Assembly (NCBI GenBank): GCA_963668025.2
Contig: CAXXTH010000017.1
Coordinates: forward strand, 416,001-480,000
Reading direction: 5' to 3'
Source of the DNA: Candidatus Hydrogenedentota bacterium
GTDB lineage: Bacteria > Hydrogenedentota > Hydrogenedentia > Hydrogenedentales > SLHB01
DNA: 64,000 nt
Shown: positions 61,564 to 64,000 of the stretch, piece by piece
Layout: every line of letters starts with the position of its first letter
Position numbering within the stretch: position 1 is the first letter of the stretch
Translations under genes and position numbers: made by a program
The notes under the pieces: model-generated
What the model saw: only the letters and a program-made list of their open reading frames with translations
Database searches by the model: none
What the model was told of the DNA's origin: nothing

Positions 61564-61811
61564 TGCCCTGTTTCTCCTTAATTAAACCCATCTCCGCCAT
61601 TGCACAAAGTGCGCCTTCATAAAACCACTATCCCGGTAGAATTTATGATATTTTCTATATTAAAACAATCCGCATCTTCCGAATCAAGGGCAATCTCCTT
61701 ACGAAGAGGTCATCACATTATTATCCTTTGAATCGTCACACCGGGGGAATCAAAGGTCCAGATGATTCACCATAACGTCGTAAAGGCACGAAAGAAACAA
61801 TTGCAAGACGA

Positions 61812-64000
61812 TTACGCTTCTGCCCGGGTGTGCTTCATAAGCCGAATAAGCATGTAACCCGCCATGCCCAGCAATGCGCAGGCGGATATCGCCAGTCCGA
61901 TGCGAAGGCTCCAAGGGAAATAGGTGTAGGTGATTTCATGGATGCCGGGCTCCAGCATGATGCCCCGGAAAGCGTGGTACACGGGGAAAATGGGTGTGGG
62001 CTTCCCGTCGACTCGAGCCTCCCAGCCGGGGTAATACGCATCCGCCAGCACCAGCACTCTTGGCCCTTCGGCGTAAGCGCGCACGGCCACATGGGTGGCG
62101 GTGCGGCTCGTCACCTCGGCGGAGCACCGCTCCGGCTCCGCCCGATCCGGCAAAGGCCCCGGCGGCGGGGCGTCCGTAACGGCTGTCCGGGTAGGATCAA
62201 ATCCTTCTTCCTTCATGCGCGCGAACAGGGCGTCCGTGCCGTTCACGACTTCCAAGCGCCCCACCAGAAAAGCCCTCGGGCAGGCCCATGTATCGCGATA
62301 CACCTCGATGCCGTCGCATACCGCCACCTGCTCGAAACGTCCAGGTTCCTCCAAAGGGAACAGCGGCTTCGAGTACGCGGGGTCATGGAGGCAATAATCC
62401 ACGGCGCAGGCAGGCTCGATGGTGGCAAAGAAGCGTTCCCCCATGCGCTTGTGCAATTGGATGGTGCGCGGCGGAAACAAGCCGTCATAGCCGAACAACT
62501 CTTCGATGCCGTAAGCCTGGAGGAATCCGGCGGGCACGCCGCCGGATTCGCAATACACCCGGCACGGTTTCGGCAGGCTTTCAAGATATTTCGTGAGGGC
62601 GGTCTCCGGATACAAGAGCCGTTCGGGAAACGTAGGATTCAACCCGCGCGTAGCCATAAGCAGATCAACGGCCAGCACGGTGGTAAGGAGCACCCATGTG
62701 GCGCGGGACGGCATGCGGCGCAGCGCGCCAATGGCGAGTGCGGCCAGCCCAGCCGCCGCAAGAACGCCGCCGATGGCGACTTGTTCGAGGACATAATCCG
62801 AGAGCTTCGCCAGGCGCAAATAGCCCGCGTTAAACGAATAGGCCAGCCACACCAGCCCGGCTACCCCTATCGCAAGCGCCAGCGGCCACGCCAGGTCGCG
62901 CCAGCTCCGGGGCCGGGACATCCAGTGCTCGATACCCAGCGCGCCCAGCACCGGCAGGGCCAGAAAGAGGAATCCGGCGTAATATAGGCCCATCATTAGC
63001 CGGAGCACCGGCAAGCGCGCCAGCAATGGGGTATCGAAAATCTGCGTCGCCGCCAGCAGGGCCGCCGCCGCTGTAATGCCCAAACAAACCGCCTGGGCCT
63101 TGCGCGGTTTTACACGTTCCCCCCGGGTGAAGAGAAGCATGACGCCAAACCAGACCATCAGCCCCGCGTAGAGCTGGATGTTTACGTTATGGTTGAGGCC
63201 TTCCCACGTGGTGTTTTCCACCGCCGTGCCGTAAAACCGGGGTATCCAAAACGACACCAGCATGCCCGGCGTCAGGAATAGGGAGCGTGAGGCATTGGCC
63301 GACTCCGGTTCCGAGGCCACGAGGCACAGATATTCGAGAAATGGCAGTAATTGCGCCGCGCAGAGCGCCAGCGCCAGCGCCCATCCGCCCGCGCACGCCG
63401 CCATGGGTTTCCATAATGCTCCGCCGGTCCGGCGTTCCCCCGCCAGCCGCAGCGCGAAGTACAGCCCGAGGCCGAGGCCCATGCCGAAAGCCGATTCGGG
63501 ATGCCCTGCCAAAAGCAGCATGGCCCCGCCCAGAACCGTGGCCCAAAATGCGCCCCGGTAACGCCCTTCAAGGGCCAGCTCGATCGCACCCAGCAATACA
63601 GGAACCCAAACCGCTACATCCGTGAGCGGCCATTCGCACCACACGGTGGCGTATCCGCCCAGCATGCACGCCACGGATAGAAACCGGGCCGCGGGCGCGT
63701 TCAATCGCCATATGCGCCCGCACCAATAGGCCGTCGCGCCGCACAGCCACAGCTTGAGCAGGATGAACAGTGTCGTGGCCAGATGCAGCGAAAACACCAA
63801 ATGCAGCAGGCGAGGCGGATAAAATACGGCGCTTTGGCAATTGGCCAATAAAGGCGTGCCGAAAAGCTGAAGGGGATTCCACAACGGCCATTCCCCATTT
63901 TTGATAGCATTCTTCGTGTGCAGATAGAAATTATTGAACGCGGTTAAGGGATCGAGTTGCAACGGGTTCGCCGGGCGCGTCCAGCCTTCGGGCGCATAAA
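61812..64000 (-). CDS. YfhO-family membrane protein (GT-C-like), 5' end outside the window
   Basis: PLWNPLQLFGTPLLAN, LAGHPE, PRAFLV, LVLADAYYPGWEARVDG and many TM helices. Confidence 0.88.
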   Translation of the reverse strand, partial: YAPEGWTRPANPLQLDPLTAFNNFYLHTKNAIKNGEWPLWNPLQLFGTPLLANCQSAVFYPPRLLHLVFSLHLATTLFILLKLWLCGATAYWCGRIWRLNAPAARFLSVACMLGGYATVWCEWPLTDVAVWVPVLLGAIELALEGRYRGAFWATVLGGAMLLLAGHPESAFGMGLGLGLYFALRLAGERRTGGALWKPMAACAGGWALALALCAAQLLPFLEYLCLVASEPESANASRSLFLTPGMLVSFWIPRFYGTAVENTTWEGLNHNVNIQLYAGLMVWFGVMLLFTRGERVKPRKAQAVCLGITAAAALLAATQIFDTPLLARLPVLRLMMGLYYAGFLFLALPVLGALGIEHWMSRPRSWRDLAWPLALAIGVAGLVWLAYSFNAGYLRLAKLSDYVLEQVAIGGVLAAAGLAALAIGALRRMPSRATWVLLTTVLAVDLLMATRGLNPTFPERLLYPETALTKYLESLPKPCRVYCESGGVPAGFLQAYGIEELFGYDGLFPPRTIQLHKRMGERFFATIEPACAVDYCLHDPAYSKPLFPLEEPGRFEQVAVCDGIEVYRDTWACPRAFLVGRLEVVNGTDALFARMKEEGFDPTRTAVTDAPPPGPLPDRAEPERCSAEVTSRTATHVAVRAYAEGPRVLVLADAYYPGWEARVDGKPTPIFPVYHAFRGIMLEPGIHEITYTYFPWSLRIGLAISACALLGMAGYMLIRLMKHTRAEA

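Overview
A 64-kb, mostly GC-rich chromosomal segment of a diderm bacterium. A PASTA-domain lipoprotein, a membrane-anchored ECF sigma factor, several GT-C glycosyltransferases and DivIVA beside LolA suggest a lineage such as Hydrogenedentota or PVC; this is an inference only. It carries housekeeping genes (maf, divIVA-like, proC, leuS, DAHP synthase, FNR, tRNA-Val), many surface-glycosylation genes, a two-component/partner-switching cluster, one intact IS1380-family element, an IS3-like remnant and several REP/MITE-like repeats. The best candidates for undescribed biology are four. (1) A three-gene operon at 50.6-54.0 kb: two secreted phage-fibre-like proteins with a shared N-terminal domain and divergent tips, plus a Ca-repeat protein ending in a sorting/anchor signal. 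(2) An unannotated, self-contained transcription unit at 36.25-36.58 kb for a 41-aa Trp-rich membrane peptide, divergent from two other small ORFs. (3) A tandem array of related secreted orphan proteins at 17.9-21.3 kb with traces of a lost upstream gene. (4) A stand-alone low-GC EVE-PD-(D/E)xK nuclease. All calls come from reading motifs by eye; no database searches were run. Many start codons were moved from the ORF track to the nearest RBS-supported start.
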